From an uncultured Actinomycetes bacterium (GTDB lineage Bacteria > Actinomycetota > Actinomycetes > S36-B12), in contig CAJXUJ010000003.1 in NCBI GenBank assembly GCA_913061025.1, forward strand, positions 1 to 33,017: 33,017 nt of DNA. The letters run 5' to 3'. Shown here one piece after another: positions 30,239 to 33,017 of this stretch (positions are counted from its first letter, which is position 1; each line of letters starts with the position of its first letter). The notes beneath the pieces were generated by a model. The model did not search any database and was not told the origin of the DNA. It worked only from the letters and a program-made list of their open reading frames with translations. Both the position numbers and the translations under genes were made by a program.

Positions 30239-31767
30239 ACTACACGCCTCCTGCCCTCGACTATGCGGCGCTAGCGCCGATGATCGTCATCTTCGCGGCG
30301 GCGATTATCTCGGTTCTGGTTGAAGCCTTCACCCCGCGAGGAGTGCGGCGCTACCTGCAGCTGCTCATCGTCTTTGGTGCATTGATCGCGTCGGGCGTGC
30401 TCATCGTGCTCAATGCGGGCACCCGCACTGTCACCGCTGGTCAAGCCGTCGTGATCGACGGTCCCGCGCTTGTTCTGCAGGGTGCCATCGTGATCCTCGC
30501 GATCCTCGGCGCCGCTCTGATGGCCGAACGTTCGATCGATTCCGTCGGAGATGCCTTCGCCTCGCGGGTTTCCTCACTCCCCGGCTCGGAGGAAGAGAAG
30601 CAGTTCACGCAGCGTGGCTACCTCCAGACGGAGATTTGGCCACTGACGCTCTTCGCCGTCCTGGGCATGATGCTGTTCGTCTCGGCGAACGATCTGCTGC
30701 TGATGTTCGTGGCCCTGGAGGTCATGTCCCTGCCGCTGTATCTGATGACCGGCATGGCGCGTCGTCGTCGTCTGCTCAGTCAAGAAGCCGCACTGAAGTA
30801 CTTCCTCCTCGGCGCGTTCTCCTCGGCCTTCTTCCTCTACGGCGCGGCCCTGGTCTACGGCTACTCCGGATCGATCACATTCCCCGAGATCGCCCAGACG
30901 ATCACCAGCAAGCCCGGTGAATCCCTCGTCCTGATGATCGGCCTCGGGATGATCCTCATTGGCCTGCTGTTCAAGGTTGGTGCGGTGCCGTTCCACCAGT
31001 GGGTTCCCGACGTCTACCAGGGTGCACCCACGCCGGTCACCGGCTTCATGGCGGCAACGGTCAAGATCGCTGCTTTCGGAGCCCTGCTCCGACTGCTCTA
31101 CGTGGCATTCGGTGGCGTTCGATGGGACTGGGAGCCGATTATCTGGATCGTCGCGATCCTCACCATGCTCATCGGTTCGATCGTGGCCGTCGTCCAGACC
31201 GACATCAAGCGCATGCTCGCTTACTCCTCGGTCGCGCAGGCCGGTTTCATCCTCATAGGTGTTGCGGCTGCTTCCCCCGCCGGTATCGCGAGCACGATGT
31301 TCTATCTCATCGCCTACGGCTTCACCACGATCGGTGCATTCGCCATCATCGCAATGATCCGTGATGCCAACGGTGAAGCCACCAACCTCGCCTCCTGGGC
31401 CGGCATCGGTCGAAAGTCGCCGATCGTCGCCTCGGCGTTCGCGATCTTCATGCTCGGCCTTGCCGGCATTCCGCTGACGTCGGGCTTCGTGGGCAAGTTC
31501 GCGGTGTTCGCCGCAGCCATCGAGGCGGGCATGGTGTGGCTGGTCATCGTCGGCGTCGTCGCCAGCCTGATCGCCGCGTTCTTCTACGTGCGGGTGATCG
31601 TCGTGATGTTCTTCGCCCAGCCAACCGAGCAGACCGCCTCGGTGGCTATCCCATCGGCCTTCACCACGGTGGCTCTTGCCGCCGGGGTGGCGGTGACCGT
31701 GATCCTGGGTGTGGTTCCCCAGCCCGTCCTCGATCTGGTCACGAATGCCGATGTCTTCATCCGGTAG
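30235..31767 (+). CDS. nuoN: NADH-quinone oxidoreductase subunit N
   Basis: EAALKYFLLG, FKVGAVPFHQWVPDVYQGAPTP, KRMLAYSS and LAGIPLTSGFVGKF. Confidence 0.96.
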   Translation: MNYTPPALDYAALAPMIVIFAAAIISVLVEAFTPRGVRRYLQLLIVFGALIASGVLIVLNAGTRTVTAGQAVVIDGPALVLQGAIVILAILGAALMAERSIDSVGDAFASRVSSLPGSEEEKQFTQRGYLQTEIWPLTLFAVLGMMLFVSANDLLLMFVALEVMSLPLYLMTGMARRRRLLSQEAALKYFLLGAFSSAFFLYGAALVYGYSGSITFPEIAQTITSKPGESLVLMIGLGMILIGLLFKVGAVPFHQWVPDVYQGAPTPVTGFMAATVKIAAFGALLRLLYVAFGGVRWDWEPIIWIVAILTMLIGSIVAVVQTDIKRMLAYSSVAQAGFILIGVAAASPAGIASTMFYLIAYGFTTIGAFAIIAMIRDANGEATNLASWAGIGRKSPIVASAFAIFMLGLAGIPLTSGFVGKFAVFAAAIEAGMVWLVIVGVVASLIAAFFYVRVIVVMFFAQPTEQTASVAIPSAFTTVALAAGVAVTVILGVVPQPVLDLVTNADVFIR

Positions 31768-31773
31768 TACCGT
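31768..31773 (+). promoter_or_regulatory. Putative -10 element (TACCGT) of an internal leaderless promoter for the polyprenyl synthase gene
   Basis: TANNNT immediately after the nuoN stop and exactly 6 nt before ATG 31780; no SD visible. Confidence 0.5.
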
Positions 31774-31779
31774 CGAGCC

Positions 31780-32778
31780 ATGACCGAGAGCCCGCTAGGC
31801 GAACTGTCGGTCGACCCTGCCTTCGACGCATCGCTTGCGGCCTCCCTCGAGGAGGTCGAGATCGCCCTGCGAAGTGCGGTCGTGAGCGACTACCCCTTCG
31901 TCACGGAGACGTCCCGCCACCTGGTCGATGCGGGCGGCAAGCGCTTCCGGCCGCTCCTGACGGTTCTTGCGTCGCACTTTGGTCCCAACCCCGCGAACGA
32001 CGACGTCATCAGGTCGGCTGTCGTCGTTGAACTGACCCACCTCGCAACGCTCTACCACGACGACGTCATGGACGAGGCGCAGTTGCGGCGGGGGGCTCCC
32101 TCGGCGAATGCGCGGTGGGACAACTCGGTGGCGATCCTTACGGGAGATTTCCTCTTCGCTCGGGCGTCGGACATCCTGGCCGACCTTGGCCCGGAAGCGG
32201 TCCGCATTCAGGCCCAAACCTTTGAGCGTCTGTGCACCGGTCAGATCCGCGAGAGCGTCGGTCCGGACGACGGCATCGACCCGGTGAAGCATCACCTTCA
32301 GGTTCTCGCGGATAAGACCGGATCATTGATCGCCACGGCCGGTCGCTTCGGGACCATGATGGCCGGCGCCGATGAGGCGACCATCGACACCATGAGCCGC
32401 TTTGGCGAAGCCATTGGCGTGGCTTTCCAGCTGGCCGATGACATCGTGGACATCACCTCGGATGCGACCCAATCCGGCAAGCTCCCGGGCACCGACCTCA
32501 GGGAAGGTGTGCCAACGCTAACGACCCTCATCGCGCGGGGAAGCGGAGCCGAGGAGGACGCAGACCTCGTCGAATTCCTTGGCGGCCCTATCCCGGACGA
32601 TGCCGAACACGAACGAGCCTTGGCTCTGCTGCGGGCCCACCCGGCTCTGGAGTCGGCCCGCGAAGAGGCCCGTCGATGGGCAAGCGACGCACGCCGGACT
32701 CTGGAGCCGCTTCCGGAGGGGCCTGCCAAGCATGCGCTCGAAGCGCTGTGTGATTACGTCGTCAACCGCACGGGCTGA
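31780..32778 (+). CDS. hepT: Long-chain trans-polyprenyl diphosphate synthase (HepT/GrcC-like, menaquinone side chain)
   Basis: GGKRFRP, first Asp-rich motif LATLYHDDVMD with a small Ala upstream (long-chain type), second motif FQLADDIVD, GTDLREG. Confidence 0.88.
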   Translation: MTESPLGELSVDPAFDASLAASLEEVEIALRSAVVSDYPFVTETSRHLVDAGGKRFRPLLTVLASHFGPNPANDDVIRSAVVVELTHLATLYHDDVMDEAQLRRGAPSANARWDNSVAILTGDFLFARASDILADLGPEAVRIQAQTFERLCTGQIRESVGPDDGIDPVKHHLQVLADKTGSLIATAGRFGTMMAGADEATIDTMSRFGEAIGVAFQLADDIVDITSDATQSGKLPGTDLREGVPTLTTLIARGSGAEEDADLVEFLGGPIPDDAEHERALALLRAHPALESAREEARRWASDARRTLEPLPEGPAKHALEALCDYVVNRTG

Positions 32779-32787
32779 GGCAGCGAA

Positions 32788-33017
32788 CTAGGTCGGCTCG
32801 CTGACCTCGAGTTCCTCGAGCAGCTGGGCCTTTCGGTCACGCTGCCGCCCCCGAGCGTTCCGGTACGCGTCAGTCGAGAACACCACAAGGGCCGACCAAA
32901 CAAAGAGGAATCCAAGCCAGCGGCTTCCCGGCATTGCTTCACCGAAGAGGAAGACTCCGATAGAGAACTGGAGGATTGGTGTGATGTATTGAAGGACTCC
33001 GAGGGTGGAGAGCGGGA
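32788..33017 (-). CDS. rarD: RarD-like EamA/DMT transporter, C-terminal part (gene starts beyond the window)
   Basis: Not in the ORF track. Manual minus-strand translation from 33015: PLSTLGVLQYITPILQFSIGVFLFGEAMPGSRWLGFLFVWSALVVFSTDAYRNARGRQRDRKAQLLEELEVSEPT*, matching the RarD C-terminal signature (LSTLG.LQY..P..QF..G....E). Confidence 0.85.
   Translation of the reverse strand, partial: PLSTLGVLQYITPILQFSIGVFLFGEAMPGSRWLGFLFVWSALVVFSTDAYRNARGRQRDRKAQLLEELEVSEPT

Noticed and set aside
1-33017. CRISPR arrays, IS elements, prophage, tRNA/rRNA and intrinsic terminators
   Set aside because: No repeat-spacer pattern, transposase or integrase, RNA gene signature or hairpin-plus-U-tract was seen; nearly all sequence is accounted for by housekeeping CDSs.

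Overview
High-GC actinobacterial (Actinomycetota) core-genome respiratory region with very compact intergenic spaces. In order: a 5'-truncated CobA/HemD fusion; a system II cytochrome c maturation operon (histidine phosphatase, resA, ccdA, resB, ccsA); small PLDc_N and DUF4229-like membrane proteins; the classical menaquinone pathway (menA, menE, menB, menC, menD, menF, menG); the complete nuoA-N complex I operon behind a Rex-type operator; a long-chain polyprenyl diphosphate synthase; and the 3' end of a rarD/EamA transporter that the ORF track missed. I saw no mobile elements, CRISPR arrays, tRNA or rRNA. The main anomaly is a 571-aa TetR + ACT + GNAT fusion (12630..14345) inside the men cluster. 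It resembles the actinobacterial amino-acid-sensing Pat lysine acetyltransferases with an added TetR module, and MenE, encoded nearby, is a candidate substrate. Other points: hemB/hemL and menJ are absent from their usual positions, MenB is of the bicarbonate-dependent type, DUF4229 overlaps menA antisense by 162 nt, and most transcription units show a leaderless TANNNT-N6/7-start pattern. All calls come from reading motifs by eye; no database searches were run.
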